Origin: Alkanindiges illinoisensis DSM 15370 | Lineage (GTDB): Bacteria; Pseudomonadota; Gammaproteobacteria; Pseudomonadales; Moraxellaceae | Reading direction: 5' to 3' | Assembly (NCBI RefSeq): GCF_000619845.1 | Contig: NZ_JHUX01000003.1 | Coordinates: forward strand, 1,300,064 to 1,332,063 | Length of the DNA stretch: 32,000 bases | Part shown: one piece after another, positions 18,164 through 28,729 of the stretch | How the letters are laid out: every line of letters starts with the position of its first letter | Position numbering within the stretch: position 1 is the first letter of the stretch | Position numbers and translations under genes: made by a program | Notes under the pieces: generated by a model | What the model was told of the DNA's origin: nothing | Database searches by the model: none | The model's input: the letters and a program-made list of their open reading frames with translations, nothing else

Positions 18164-19480
18164 TTAACGGATAAAGGCCACAAATAAATGGATGGTCCCA
18201 GCAATAAATCCGGTTACACCACCCAGCACAATCAAAATCCACTCATCTTCCTGAAAGGCAGGCCGCAGCAGGTTCTGGAATTCTTTGGGTGACAAAGCAA
18301 GAATGCGCTCACGGAACATATGGTAGATCTTTTGCGCACGGCTCTGGTTCAACACAGGATCAGAAATAGGCACCATCGTAATCTGGATTGAGCGATCAAT
18401 CAGGTCAGTTTTTAATCGTGCATATTCTTTCATGCCAATACTGACCTGCAAGCTGGTGCGTACAACTGGCGTTTCCATGATTTTATTGATATGCCGTTTA
18501 AGAATGCGTCGGGTTTTTTCCTTGCGTGAGCCATACATCATTTCAGTCATGATACTTTTGAGAGTAATTAGCTCTTCTGTTACCACTGAGGCAAACACAT
18601 CGGACACTTCATGCTGGCGCTTCATAAAAGCACCTTGCCAGTTATAGGTGGCGATATGCGGCAACACCGGCGTAATAAATGGAATTCTGGTGTTGGTACG
18701 TCTAAATAACTTGAGATAGCGAAACGGATGTGGCTCCACCGGATTGAACACCATCCAGATTGCAATCCAGTTGGTCAAAAAGCCCCAGACTGCGGCCCAG
18801 AATGGCACTGTCCAGTGCCACGGCACAAAAAACCAGACCAGCATCTGGAAAAAGCCAAAGAACATACCAATCAGCGCACTGATATGCCAGATAAAATTAA
18901 TTTCCTTCTGACCGACTTTAAGGAACATGCGTACCATTAAACGGCGATCACCTTCCATCTGGCGCACCACCATTTCGCGCATGTCGACCAGATTTTCCAC
19001 ATTGAAGGTCAATTCATTAACCAGATCACGTAGCACAGTAGGAATCTGTTTTTGCGCCTGGCTGTAGATACGACGCTTGATGGAAAAAGGCAGGTTTTCC
19101 CACAATACCGGGTTACGCTCCAGCATCACCTCATCAATCAGGTGCTCAAGGTCATAGCCGACCTGATCACCAATGATCTTGGCCATTTCGTCAGGCTCCA
19201 TGGCCTGAAGAAACTCCTGCAGTGACCCCAGCTTGGACAGAGTGTTGTCGGTAATAATGCCAGAAATACGGCCTGCCTTGCGCGGTACGATTCCCTGCCA
19301 GCCCACAGGCAACGAACCAATATGAAAGCCCCAGAAATTAATGGGGTAAAATACCATTTTTAGCGCCATCCAGACGTGCGCCCAAGTCACAAAGGCCGTT
19401 ACTGGCACAATACTTAAAATTGCCCAAAAATCGGGGCGATTTGCAAAGACCTGCCAATAATGACTAATAAACTCCAGCAT
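18164..19480 (-). CDS. DUF445-like membrane protein
   Basis: 438 aa with N-terminal, central and C-terminal hydrophobic segments. GWQGIVPRKA and LRPAFQEDEWILIVLGGVTGFIAG are motifs I associate with DUF445. Confidence 0.75.
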   Translation of the reverse strand: MLEFISHYWQVFANRPDFWAILSIVPVTAFVTWAHVWMALKMVFYPINFWGFHIGSLPVGWQGIVPRKAGRISGIITDNTLSKLGSLQEFLQAMEPDEMAKIIGDQVGYDLEHLIDEVMLERNPVLWENLPFSIKRRIYSQAQKQIPTVLRDLVNELTFNVENLVDMREMVVRQMEGDRRLMVRMFLKVGQKEINFIWHISALIGMFFGFFQMLVWFFVPWHWTVPFWAAVWGFLTNWIAIWMVFNPVEPHPFRYLKLFRRTNTRIPFITPVLPHIATYNWQGAFMKRQHEVSDVFASVVTEELITLKSIMTEMMYGSRKEKTRRILKRHINKIMETPVVRTSLQVSIGMKEYARLKTDLIDRSIQITMVPISDPVLNQSRAQKIYHMFRERILALSPKEFQNLLRPAFQEDEWILIVLGGVTGFIAGTIHLFVAFIR

Positions 19481-19562
19481 GCAACACTCTCAAATGACGC
19501 CTAAACACTGTAAATTGGATAAATACCCTATCTACTTTTAATGTTGATGGTTTAGCAACCTA

Positions 19563-20090
19563 TCAATAAATGCCAAAACTAAAACTATAGCCAAACATAA
19601 TCATCGGGGTAGCATCTTCCTTGCTGCCATCACGTCCTTTCTTGCGCTCACCCACGCCAATTCCGATACTGGCCGCACTAACACGTGATCTGTTCATCCA
19701 GACATAGGACAGCTCGCCACCAGCACCGAGGCGATTGTACTTTTTGCTATCCTGAGTTTTGGTTTCAATGTGGCCCACAAAGCCACCAAAGTAATAACCG
19801 TTTTTATCGGTTCCTGTCAGGAAATACGGATAGCGAAAGCCAATCTGACCGGCAGGTTCATTCGGGCCATCAATAAAACCGCCCGCCTTGACATAAATAT
19901 TGCCATAGCCTGTTGGCATTTCGGCATTCAGGTGATACAGCTCATTGGTAATCCCCACACCCGCGTATACTTTTTTTAGCCCTGTGGTGTCTGTTGCAGG
20001 CTTTGGAAACCAGTCCTTGACTGCTGCCTGTGCCGACACACTTGTCATTAACCCCACTGTCAACAGCGCTGTAATCCACTGTTTATTCAT
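19563..20090 (-). CDS. small outer-membrane beta-barrel protein (175 aa)
   Basis: Start moved to MNKQWITALLTVGLMTSVSAQA|AV (clear signal peptide, SD AGGAG upstream). The sequence alternates Gly/aromatic-rich strands and ends in ...FSFGIY. The 33-codon upstream extension in the ORF track is rejected. Confidence 0.7.
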   Translation of the reverse strand: MNKQWITALLTVGLMTSVSAQAAVKDWFPKPATDTTGLKKVYAGVGITNELYHLNAEMPTGYGNIYVKAGGFIDGPNEPAGQIGFRYPYFLTGTDKNGYYFGGFVGHIETKTQDSKKYNRLGAGGELSYVWMNRSRVSAASIGIGVGERKKGRDGSKEDATPMIMFGYSFSFGIY

Positions 20091-20215
20091 TACTAACCAC
20101 TCCTGCTGGTTTTTTGGTCTACAACACCCTCTATGGCGTCGTTTGGTTAAGCCAAGGCAGACTTTATCAGAAAAAATCTGCCTGACCACTATTATTCGCC
20201 ATTAAACACAAGTTT

Positions 20216-21748
20216 TTATTGTGCATTAAGCATGGTTTCATCTGCGATTTTTTCATCATCAGGCTGTGGCATGCCCTTGCGATTGGGCCAGATCAGGCTG
20301 CCCAGCAGCATGCCAATGACTGAAGCAATAAAGCCAGCCAGTTGCGGTGGACATACAGCTGCCAAATGTTGCAAGCCAATCATCGACCAGCCAGTACCAT
20401 TACTCCAGCTATAATCCAGTGCTTCAAATATAAGCCAGACCCCCACACCAAACGCAATGGACACCCGGGCACCATTCTGACTGGCCCGCTTCCAGTACAA
20501 CCCAAAAGCCAGCGGGGCAAAAGCGCCAACCAGCACCACTTTATAGGCATTTTCTACCATTTCAAAAATGGATTTATCGGTTGCCAGTGCATAGGTGGTC
20601 ACACAAATCGCAAATACCAGTACGGTGGCACGAATAAACCAGACGCGCTGGCGGCTATCCAGACGGTAATAAACTTTTGATAGCAGGTTTTCACTGATGA
20701 CCCCTGATGGTGCCAGCAATGTTGCAGATGCCGTACTCATAATGGCTGATAACAGCGCGCCAAAGAAAATAACCTGCACAAAAACCGGTGTGTTTTGCAT
20801 AATCAGGTTGGGTAGCACCATTTGTGAATCGCCACCTTCACCCAATGCGGCATTCACCATATCCGGACTAACAATAAATGCAGTATAGGCCAGATAAATG
20901 GGCATCATGGCAAACAGGAAATAGCAGATTCCGCCAATGACTGCACCATTACGGGCGTTGTTGGCCGTATTGGCCGCCAGTACGCGCTGGTAAATATCCT
21001 GTTGTGGAATTGAACCAAAACCCAGAGTAATCAGTGCGCCAAAAAAGCCCAGCCAACCGGCCAGATTATGTTCAGGGAGCATATTCAGCTTACCTGCTTC
21101 ACGCGCGTGGCTGATTACTGTGCTTGCACCGCCATCTACCATCCCGGTGATCAACCAGGTGATGTATGCCAGACCAGCAACCAGCAAAATATTATGAATA
21201 AAGTCGGTTAAGGCCACCGACCACATGCCACCCAAAATAGTATAGGTAACCACGATGGTAACGCCAATAAGCACCCCGCCCGTCACACTGATCAGGTCAT
21301 GCGTAATGATATTGAACACCAGCCCCATTGCTGACAGCTGTGCAGCAACCCAGCCCAGATACGATAGGGCAATAACCACTGAAGTAATGACTTCAATATC
21401 ACGGCCATAGCGCTTGCGGTAAAAATCCCCAATGGTCAGCAGTTTGAGGCGGTATAAGGGCACGGCAAAAAACAAACCGACCAGAATCAGGCACAAGGCA
21501 GCGCCAAACGGGTCAGCAACAATACCGCCCAGTCCTTCCTGAATAAATGTCGATGACGTCCCTAGAATGGTTTCTGAGCCAAACCATGTGGCAAATGTTG
21601 TGGTAACCACCATAAATAATGGCAGACGGTGACCGGCCACCAGATAATCAGAACTGTTCTTGACCCGGCGCGCAGCATACAAGCCCACACCAATGTTAAG
21701 GGCTAAATAAGCCACCAATGCAATTGCCAACAAATATTGATTTGCCAC
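20216..21748 (-). CDS. sodium:solute symporter family (SSF) transporter
   Basis: 510 aa, about 13 hydrophobic helices. The N-terminal RRVKNSSDYLVAGHRLPLFMVVTTTFATWFGSETILG is typical of SSF members. The substrate cannot be read from the sequence. Confidence 0.85.
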   Translation of the reverse strand: MANQYLLAIALVAYLALNIGVGLYAARRVKNSSDYLVAGHRLPLFMVVTTTFATWFGSETILGTSSTFIQEGLGGIVADPFGAALCLILVGLFFAVPLYRLKLLTIGDFYRKRYGRDIEVITSVVIALSYLGWVAAQLSAMGLVFNIITHDLISVTGGVLIGVTIVVTYTILGGMWSVALTDFIHNILLVAGLAYITWLITGMVDGGASTVISHAREAGKLNMLPEHNLAGWLGFFGALITLGFGSIPQQDIYQRVLAANTANNARNGAVIGGICYFLFAMMPIYLAYTAFIVSPDMVNAALGEGGDSQMVLPNLIMQNTPVFVQVIFFGALLSAIMSTASATLLAPSGVISENLLSKVYYRLDSRQRVWFIRATVLVFAICVTTYALATDKSIFEMVENAYKVVLVGAFAPLAFGLYWKRASQNGARVSIAFGVGVWLIFEALDYSWSNGTGWSMIGLQHLAAVCPPQLAGFIASVIGMLLGSLIWPNRKGMPQPDDEKIADETMLNAQ

Positions 21749-22038
21749 AGCTCACCCTTCTTATGTTTAGGGTTAAACTTTATTCCGCAGCACTGGTGCT
21801 GGCGGTGCCAACTGTACGTCCCCAAGTTCTGGGTAGACGGCGCGAAAGTTTAGACAAAAGTAGAACATCTGTCGCGTTTTTTTTAACGAAACCGACAAGA
21901 AAACCTAAATGCTAAAATTCCAATGGTAAAAACCAGAAATCCGCTCTCCTGCCATCTTTTACATCTCAATGTGGCAGAAGATTGGCATCCATCGGCAAAT
22001 ATAGCTAAAATTGTGCCAATCTTATTGCTGCTGCCTGT

Positions 22039-24018
22039 ATGAAGAGCCCGCTTCCCCTTAAAAACCCCCATCAGGACCAGCAAATCTTTCGTCATCGCGT
22101 CTGGTTTGCCGTGGCTTTTGTAGTCTTTTGCTTTCTATGTTTGCTGGCTCGCTATACCTATCTGCAGATTTTTCAGTACGGACAGTACAATAGCGCAGCT
22201 GACAAGAACCGTATCCGCCTACAGGCTATTCCCCCAGCACGCGGCTATATTTATGACCGCAATGGGGTCTTGCTGGCCGACAACTATCCGGTATTTACCG
22301 CCGTCATTAACCGGGCAGACATTGAAAATCTCGAAGATACCCTGAAACGGCTGGTGCCAGTGCTGGACCTGACGCTGGATGACCTGAACAAATTCAGGCA
22401 TCGGGCCAAGTCTACGCGCAAAACCGAACCGCTGGCCATTAAACTCAACTTGAATGAGCAGCAAATTGCCCGGTTTAGTGAGCTGAAATACACTTTTCCC
22501 GGGGTAAATATTGAAACCAAGATGACCCGGTTTTATCCGCATGCCGAGCTATTTGCGCATGTGATTGGCTATGTGGGGCGTATCAATGAAAAAGAACTGG
22601 GCGAACTCGACAAGAATGCCTATGCCGGCACCGACCTGATTGGCAAGATTGGTGTTGAAAAATTCTATGAAGACCTGTTGCATGGCAAGCCCGGCTATCA
22701 GTATGTTGAAGCCGATGCGCATGGACAAGTCTTGCGTCATTTGGGACAGACGCCTGCAATCCGGGGCAATGACCTGTACCTGTCACTGGATTACGGCCTG
22801 CAAAGTATTGCCAATGCCCAGTTGTCTGGGCGACGTGGTGCCATCGTGGCCATGAATCCGCACACAGGTGAGATCCTAGCATTTGTGAGTAACCCCAGTT
22901 TTAACCCGAACCTGTTTGTTACCGGGATCGGTCATACTGATTATAATAATTTGCGGGATAATCCGGATCAGCCGCTCTATAACCGCGCACTGCAAGGGGC
23001 TTATCCTCCTGGCTCGACCATCAAGCCCATGGAAGGACTGGGCGGTATTCATTACAATCTGGTCAACTGGGGCACACAGATTTACGATCCGGGTTATTTT
23101 CACCTGCCGGGCGATGCGCATCGTTTCCGTGACTGGAAAAAATCCGGCCACGGTACGGTTGACCTGAACAAAGCTATTACCTGGTCATGCGATACGTTTT
23201 TTTATGTGCTGGCTTATCGCATGGGCATCGACAATATGCATGACTGGATGACCCAGTTTGGCTTTGGTGCAAAAACTGGCATTGACCTGCCCAATGAAAG
23301 TTCAGGCCTATATCCCTCACCCAAATGGAAAATGCAAAAGCGTAAAAGCAAATGGCTACCCGGTGAAACCATTTCAGTCAGTATTGGTCAGGGTGCCTTT
23401 ACTGCCACACCCATTCAGTTGGCAATGGCAACCGCCATCACGGCTAACCACGGGCATCATGTAACGCCGCATGTGCTGCGTGAAAGCAAAGGCCCCAAGC
23501 CCTACCATGTATTAAACGCACCAGACGGCAAGGTTCAGTTTAATGGCACTGAACAGGACTGGAATAACATGCGTGATGCCATGGTGAATGTAATTCGCTC
23601 CGGTACAGGCGGCCGCCTGAAAATTGGCCTAAAAGGTTATGAAATTGCCGGTAAAACCGGAACAGCGCAGGTTAAGAGTATTGCACAGGGCAAGCGTTAT
23701 AACGAAGCGGCGCTAGATGAACGTCATTACGACCACGGCCTTTTTGTAGGATTTGCCCCAGCCGATAGTCCAAAAATTGCCGTGGCAGTGATTCTGGAAA
23801 ATGGTAAACATGGTGCTGCGGCTGCTGCCCTGGCCCGCCCCATGTTTGATTATGTGGTGCACCAGATGGAAAAAAACCCAATTAAACCAGCACAAAGCAG
23901 CATTACCGGCGGCCTGATGACCGCTGGCATGAAGCCGCAGGAAATTTCCGAACAAGCTAGCCAGATCAATCGCCCAGCGGCAAGCCCAACGCCTTCACTA
24001 GCAAGTGGCGAAGAGTAA
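22039..24018 (+). CDS. mrdA: penicillin-binding protein 2 (elongasome transpeptidase)
   Basis: 659 aa with an N-terminal TM anchor, RGYIYDRNGVLLADN, active-site STIKP, the SCDTFF region and KTGTAQ. Confidence 0.93.
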   Translation: MKSPLPLKNPHQDQQIFRHRVWFAVAFVVFCFLCLLARYTYLQIFQYGQYNSAADKNRIRLQAIPPARGYIYDRNGVLLADNYPVFTAVINRADIENLEDTLKRLVPVLDLTLDDLNKFRHRAKSTRKTEPLAIKLNLNEQQIARFSELKYTFPGVNIETKMTRFYPHAELFAHVIGYVGRINEKELGELDKNAYAGTDLIGKIGVEKFYEDLLHGKPGYQYVEADAHGQVLRHLGQTPAIRGNDLYLSLDYGLQSIANAQLSGRRGAIVAMNPHTGEILAFVSNPSFNPNLFVTGIGHTDYNNLRDNPDQPLYNRALQGAYPPGSTIKPMEGLGGIHYNLVNWGTQIYDPGYFHLPGDAHRFRDWKKSGHGTVDLNKAITWSCDTFFYVLAYRMGIDNMHDWMTQFGFGAKTGIDLPNESSGLYPSPKWKMQKRKSKWLPGETISVSIGQGAFTATPIQLAMATAITANHGHHVTPHVLRESKGPKPYHVLNAPDGKVQFNGTEQDWNNMRDAMVNVIRSGTGGRLKIGLKGYEIAGKTGTAQVKSIAQGKRYNEAALDERHYDHGLFVGFAPADSPKIAVAVILENGKHGAAAAALARPMFDYVVHQMEKNPIKPAQSSITGGLMTAGMKPQEISEQASQINRPAASPTPSLASGEE

Positions 24019-24035
24019 GCAATGAGGACTACAGC

Positions 24036-24602
24036 ATGAATCAGGTTCGCATTATTGGCGGTGAATGGAAGCGTCGGCTAATCCGTTTTGAAGCGGTCAA
24101 TGGCTTGCGTCCTACGCCAGACCGGGTACGCGAAACCCTGTTTAACTGGCTCATGTGGGATGTTGCAGGGTCACGTGTGCTGGATACTTGTGCGGGTTCA
24201 GGCGCTTTGGGGATTGAAGCCCTATCCCGCGGTGCGCGTCATTGTGTATTTATTGAAGCAGACCGCAAGCAAGCTGAACAAATCAAAGCCAACCTTTTGC
24301 AATTACACTGCACCACGGGTCAGGTTATTTATGCCAAGGCGGAGCAAGCATTAACGCAATTACCGGAATCAGTGCGTTCAGTAGGTTTTGATCTGGTCTT
24401 TCTTGATCCACCTTATAGCCTGAATTTATGGACTTCCCTGGCAAGCCTGATTGACCCATTGCTCAATCCAGCTGCCAAAATCTATATTGAAGCTGACCGT
24501 CCTTTGCAGCAACTCGCCTTACCAACCCATTGGCACTTACTCAAGGAAACCCGTGCTGGCCAAGTGCATGCCGGGCTTTATGAAAATCAGAAGCTAAACT
24601 GA
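24036..24602 (+). CDS. rsmD: 16S rRNA (guanine966-N2)-methyltransferase
   Basis: 188 aa, RIIGGEWKRRLI...RPTPDRVRETLFNWL...LDTCAGSGALGIEALSRGA...FLDPPY. Confidence 0.9.
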   Translation: MNQVRIIGGEWKRRLIRFEAVNGLRPTPDRVRETLFNWLMWDVAGSRVLDTCAGSGALGIEALSRGARHCVFIEADRKQAEQIKANLLQLHCTTGQVIYAKAEQALTQLPESVRSVGFDLVFLDPPYSLNLWTSLASLIDPLLNPAAKIYIEADRPLQQLALPTHWHLLKETRAGQVHAGLYENQKLN

Positions 24603-24640
24603 AATCCCACCATAAATTTATAAAAATTAAAAAGCAGCTA

Positions 24641-24662
24641 TTAAGCTGCTTTCTAATTGATG
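24641..24662. terminator. terminator between rsmD and the convergent porin gene
   Basis: AAAGCAGCT-ATTA-AGCTGCTTT: perfect stem with flanking A/T runs. Confidence 0.65.
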
Positions 24663-24682
24663 TACCCAGTATAGTGAATGCG

Positions 24683-25399
24683 TTAAAAATGGTATTTCAC
24701 CAGCGCACTCACATTCTTTTCATCAACATTCTTGATGCCAAACTTATTGATCCAGTAAGAATATTCAATCCCCAGATACAGGCGCGTATTTGGGCTAATC
24801 AGCTTGCCAGCATTCCATTTCCACTGTGATGTCCAGTTTAGTTCAGCATCATGGTCAGATTCTTTGCTGGACCAGTCGGCAAACCCATCAAATAAAAAGT
24901 CCTGCCCGGCTATAGTCAATGGCACACCATAAGTGACGGTGGTCATCCAGTCGTCCTTGGTGGTTTCATTGTTAGCACGATACAGGTTAATATCCGCATA
25001 TTTAAAATACGGAATATTCAGGCCAAAACCAATTCCATAAACATAGTTATCAAAATCACTGCCGGATTCCCAGGTGGACGCCAGATAAACATCCTTGATT
25101 GGCCCATAAGACAGTTTCTGGCCAGTCAAATACGACAGGCTCAGGCGAGGTGCAAGCTCAAAGTAATTATCTTTTTCATCAGTCTGGCTATAGCGACTAT
25201 GGTCAATAAAAAAGAAAGCATCGCCCCAGGTTAGGCCAGCTGCATATTCCAGTGTCACGACATCGCGCTTTTCAGGGCCAACTTTATAGTCATCGCCGTG
25301 AAGGCCAGTAATGCTAAAGTCCTGCCATAAGGGTTGAGCACAGGCGGCAGACATTGCGACACTACACATTGCCGCAACCATAATGGTTTGAAATTTCAT
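24683..25399 (-). CDS. Tsx/OmpK-family nucleoside-specific channel-like outer membrane protein
   Basis: 238 aa. Signal peptide ending ACA|QP, then WQDFSITGLHGDDYK...TLEYAAGLTWGDAFFFID, and C-terminal ...LVKYHF. The pattern matches the Tsx family as recalled. Confidence 0.8.
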   Translation of the reverse strand: MKFQTIMVAAMCSVAMSAACAQPLWQDFSITGLHGDDYKVGPEKRDVVTLEYAAGLTWGDAFFFIDHSRYSQTDEKDNYFELAPRLSLSYLTGQKLSYGPIKDVYLASTWESGSDFDNYVYGIGFGLNIPYFKYADINLYRANNETTKDDWMTTVTYGVPLTIAGQDFLFDGFADWSSKESDHDAELNWTSQWKWNAGKLISPNTRLYLGIEYSYWINKFGIKNVDEKNVSALVKYHF

Positions 25400-25591
25400 A
25401 TGACCTCTACTGTTTAGTCAGATAAACAAACTAAACTGCTTGCTACAGTAAACTGGCAAATACTCCTGCACTGGCAGAAATATTCAAAAACCGAATTTTA
25501 ATATAGAATGTTACAGGAATGTAATATAAGTTTATAAATTGTTAATAGTAGAGGTTTTAATATTTTTATCGTTTTTTAAGTTTTGACCAAT

Positions 25592-25622
25592 AAAAAAGAC
25601 AGCACACAGGCTGCCTTTTTCT
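25592..25622 (-). terminator. terminator after yaaA (minus strand)
   Basis: On the minus strand: GGCAGC-CTGTGT-GCTGTC followed by T6. Confidence 0.55.
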
Positions 25623-25665
25623 TAAACCATTTTTTCCAACCATGACTATTCAGTCAAAGCCAGTT

Positions 25666-26457
25666 TCAATCAACCGGGATGGCATCCTGCTGGGCACGCA
25701 TAAATACCAGTTCATCTTCACTGGAATGCTCGGCAGAATAAATATAGCCTTCAAGATTAAAGTCCTTAAGCTGTTCGGCCTGCGTTAACTGGTTTTTAAT
25801 GATAAAACGGCTCATCAAGCCGCGGGCCTTTTTGGCATAAAAACTGATTACCTTAAACTGACCATTTTTCTCATCCAGAAATACGGGCTTGATCAGTCTG
25901 CCCTGCAACTGATTCACCTTAATCGCCTTAAAGTATTCATCGGATGCTAGATTAACCACTACAGCATCACCTTGCGCCTGCAAAGCCTGATTGACATGGT
26001 CAGTAATGGTTTCGCCCCAGAAGCCGTACAAATCCTTGCCTGCCGGATTATTCAGCCGGGTGCCCATTTCCAGCCGGTAGGGCTGCATTAAATCCAGCGG
26101 ACGCAACAGACCATATAAACCCGACAACATGCGCAAATGTTTCTGGGCAAACTCAAAATCCTTTTTGGTAAAATCCTGTGCCTGCAAGCCTGCGTACACA
26201 TCACCTTTAAAAGCCAAAATCGCCTGCCGCGCATTTTCCAGATTAAAAATGGGTTCCCAGTTGCAAAAACGCTGTTTGTTGAGTTCGGCAAGCTTGGGAC
26301 TAATGTCCATAAGGTCAGACAAATCCTGCGTGGTAAGCTCCCGGCAAACATCTACCAGTTCCTGACTTTTATCCAAAAGTTGCGGCTGGGTATGCTCCGT
26401 CGTTGCCAGCGGACTTTCATAATCCAGTGTCTTGGCTGGTGAGATCAGTATTAGCAT
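25666..26457 (-). CDS. yaaA: peroxide stress protein YaaA (UPF0246/DUF328)
   Basis: 263 aa, [16 protein letters not shown]...[13 protein letters not shown]...[16 protein letters not shown]. Characteristic YaaA blocks. Confidence 0.9.
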   Translation of the reverse strand: MLILISPAKTLDYESPLATTEHTQPQLLDKSQELVDVCRELTTQDLSDLMDISPKLAELNKQRFCNWEPIFNLENARQAILAFKGDVYAGLQAQDFTKKDFEFAQKHLRMLSGLYGLLRPLDLMQPYRLEMGTRLNNPAGKDLYGFWGETITDHVNQALQAQGDAVVVNLASDEYFKAIKVNQLQGRLIKPVFLDEKNGQFKVISFYAKKARGLMSRFIIKNQLTQAEQLKDFNLEGYIYSAEHSSEDELVFMRAQQDAIPVD

Positions 26458-26532
26458 TGTGAATCCTTTCCTCCCTTAAACCGATAATCAACAGGCTGAA
26501 TATACTATGTTTACCTTAAAAAAGTGTGTATA

Positions 26533-26570
26533 AAAAAACCCTTGCACAGTTTTAAGGCAAGGGTTTTTAA
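26533..26570 (-). terminator. terminator of the cysI-DUF934 operon
   Basis: AACCCTTGC pairs with GCAAGGGTT (9 bp), flanked by A7 and T5 runs, about 50 nt downstream of the DUF934 stop. Confidence 0.75.
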
Positions 26571-26616
26571 GCGAGTACCAGCAATAGCCAGAAATGGCCA
26601 AACGGTTCTGGCGAAT

Positions 26617-27093
26617 TTACTGGCCAGTCTGGTAGCTGGCTTTTTGTACCGCAACGGAAGCCTGATAAGGCACTGTGAAGTCATTCAGGCCCGCAGCAGC
26701 TTCGTTAACGTCCTTACCTTCCTTTAAAATAAAGGAGTCAAAGCTCACACGCTTCATGTAGTTTAAAGTGTCTTTAAACACATCGCCTAACGCGCGTAGC
26801 TCACCCACAAAGCCCTGGCGACGCAGCAATGCCGCAAACGAATACCCACGGCCATCATTGAAACCGGCAAACTCAATGGCAATCAGGTCTAGCTGGTTAA
26901 CCGGGAATGAATAATCTTCCGGTGAATTGGCAACAGTAATCAGCAGGCCTTTTTTGCCCTGCACTTCAGCCAGACGATCCAGCTCAGTGGCACGCAACAA
27001 TACATTGCCAGTTGGCATTACACCGTCTTCACCAATCATCTGGTATTCATCTTCGCAGATGCTGCCATCTTTAAACAACACAGTATTAGGCAT
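26617..27093 (-). CDS. DUF934 protein (sulfite-reduction associated)
   Basis: Start moved to MPNTVLFKDG (ATG complement 27091-27093), which overlaps the cysI stop by 8 nt. FAGFNDGRGYSFAALLR is the conserved DUF934 block as recalled. The cysI-DUF934 pairing is standard in Pseudomonas and Acinetobacter. Confidence 0.85.
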   Translation of the reverse strand: MPNTVLFKDGSICEDEYQMIGEDGVMPTGNVLLRATELDRLAEVQGKKGLLITVANSPEDYSFPVNQLDLIAIEFAGFNDGRGYSFAALLRRQGFVGELRALGDVFKDTLNYMKRVSFDSFILKEGKDVNEAAAGLNDFTVPYQASVAVQKASYQTGQ

Positions 27094-28729
27094 AAACGCG
27101 CTCCTTGAATGGGGTGATGCCAACGCGGCGATAGGTATCAAGGAAACGCTCATTCTCTACGCGCAAATCCAGATAGGTGTTAAGGACTTCTTCCACGATA
27201 TCGGCCATGTCTTCTGCGGCAAAGGATGGCCCCAGAATATCGCCAATGCTGGCATCATGGTCGCTATTACCACCCAGAGTCACCTGATAAAACTCGGCAC
27301 CCTTTTTGTCCACGCCCAGAATCCCAATGTGTCCCACATGGTGATGACCACAGGCATTCATACAACCGGAAATATTCAGGTCAATCTTGCCCAATTCATA
27401 CACACTGTCCAGATCATCAAAGCGGCGGCTAATAGCTTCGGCAATCGGAATAGATTTGGCATTGGCCAGTGAGCAGTAATCACCGCCGGGACAGCACACG
27501 ATATCAGTCACAAAACCAATATGCGCACGCGCCATGTTGTGCTGGTTTAAGATCTGATACAGGTCGTACAGGTCTTTTTGTGGCACATCCGCCAGCACCA
27601 TGTTTTGCTCATGGGTATTACGGATTTCACCAAAGCTATAGCGATCCGCCAGATCAGCCACCATGTCCAGCTCATCATCGGTCAGGTCACCCGGTGCAAC
27701 CCCTACACGCTTGAGTGAAATGGTCACAATGCGATAACCCGGCACTTTATGCGCATGGGTGTTATGGCGATACCAGTTGGCAAATGCGGGTTCAGCCTGA
27801 AACTGTGCCGTCCAGTCGATATCCTGCAGGTTTTCATAGGCTGGTGGCGCAAACACAGCATCCATTCTGGCCATTAGCTCAGCATCAACCTTGCGTTGTT
27901 CACGAATTTGCGCAAACTCGGCTTCTACCTTTTGGGCAAATACTGGCGGAGTTAAAGCTTTAACCAGAATCTTGATACGTGCCTTGTACTTGTTATCACG
28001 ACGGCCATGCAGGTTATACACCCGCAGTACAGCTTCCAGATAGGCAATCAGGTCTTCACGCGGCAGGTAATCACGAATTACGCTACCAATAATCGGGGTA
28101 CGACCCAGACCGCCGCCCACCAGAATTTTATAGCCCAGTTCACCGGCAGCATTTTTTACCAGATACACGCCAATATCATGCAAGGCAGTTGCTGCACGAT
28201 CGGTTTCTTCCAGCGCGGACACGGCAATCTTGAACTTGCGTGGCAGGAAGGCAAACTCCGGATGGAATGTGCTCCACTGGCGGATCAGCTCACAGGTAGG
28301 ACGCGGGTCTTCAATTTCACCGGCCACCACGCCAGCAAACTGGTCGGTGGTAGTGTTACGGATACAGTTACCGCTGGTTTGAATGGCATGCATTTGCACC
28401 GTGGCCAGTTCAGCCAGAATATCCGGTACATTTTCCAGTGCAGGCCAGTTCAGCTGAATGTTCTGGCGGGTGGAAATATGCGCGTAGCCACGGTCATACT
28501 GACGGGTAATGTCCGCAATCTTGCGTAACTGTTTGCTATTTAACAGGCCATAAGGCACAGCAATCCGCAGCATGGGCGCATAGCGCTGCACATACAGGCC
28601 GTTTTGCAGGCGTAAGGGACGATATTCGTCTTCAGACAGGGTTCCTGCGAGGTAACGCTGGGTTTGATCGCGGAATTGAGCAACGCGCTCGTTAACCAGT
28701 TGCTGGTCAAGATCGGTGTATAAATACAT
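27086..28729 (-). CDS. cysI: assimilatory sulfite reductase hemoprotein (nitrite/sulfite reductase family)
   Basis: 547 aa with two NIR_SIR ferredoxin-like repeats and the siroheme/4Fe-4S Cys cluster (CPGGDYC ... SGCMNACGHH). Confidence 0.92.
   Translation of the reverse strand: MYLYTDLDQQLVNERVAQFRDQTQRYLAGTLSEDEYRPLRLQNGLYVQRYAPMLRIAVPYGLLNSKQLRKIADITRQYDRGYAHISTRQNIQLNWPALENVPDILAELATVQMHAIQTSGNCIRNTTTDQFAGVVAGEIEDPRPTCELIRQWSTFHPEFAFLPRKFKIAVSALEETDRAATALHDIGVYLVKNAAGELGYKILVGGGLGRTPIIGSVIRDYLPREDLIAYLEAVLRVYNLHGRRDNKYKARIKILVKALTPPVFAQKVEAEFAQIREQRKVDAELMARMDAVFAPPAYENLQDIDWTAQFQAEPAFANWYRHNTHAHKVPGYRIVTISLKRVGVAPGDLTDDELDMVADLADRYSFGEIRNTHEQNMVLADVPQKDLYDLYQILNQHNMARAHIGFVTDIVCCPGGDYCSLANAKSIPIAEAISRRFDDLDSVYELGKIDLNISGCMNACGHHHVGHIGILGVDKKGAEFYQVTLGGNSDHDASIGDILGPSFAAEDMADIVEEVLNTYLDLRVENERFLDTYRRVGITPFKERVYA

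Noticed and set aside
21973-21988. Sigma54-like motif TGGCAGAAGATTGGCA (GG-N10-GC spacing) about 50 nt upstream of mrdA.
   Set aside because: It matches the GG/GC core but misses 3 consensus positions. There is no enhancer-binding-protein context, and sigma54 control of PBP2 has no precedent I know of. The TGGCA repeats are better explained as parts of the inverted-repeat cluster reported in the findings.
26927-28528. Plus-strand ORFs of 173-181 aa (26927-27472, 28007-28528) and others antisense to cysI. Similar antisense ORFs occur in lon, gdhA, the rnfB-like gene and the symporter gene.
   Set aside because: These are shadow ORFs opposite strongly conserved genes. Their products are low-complexity and lack start-site signals.
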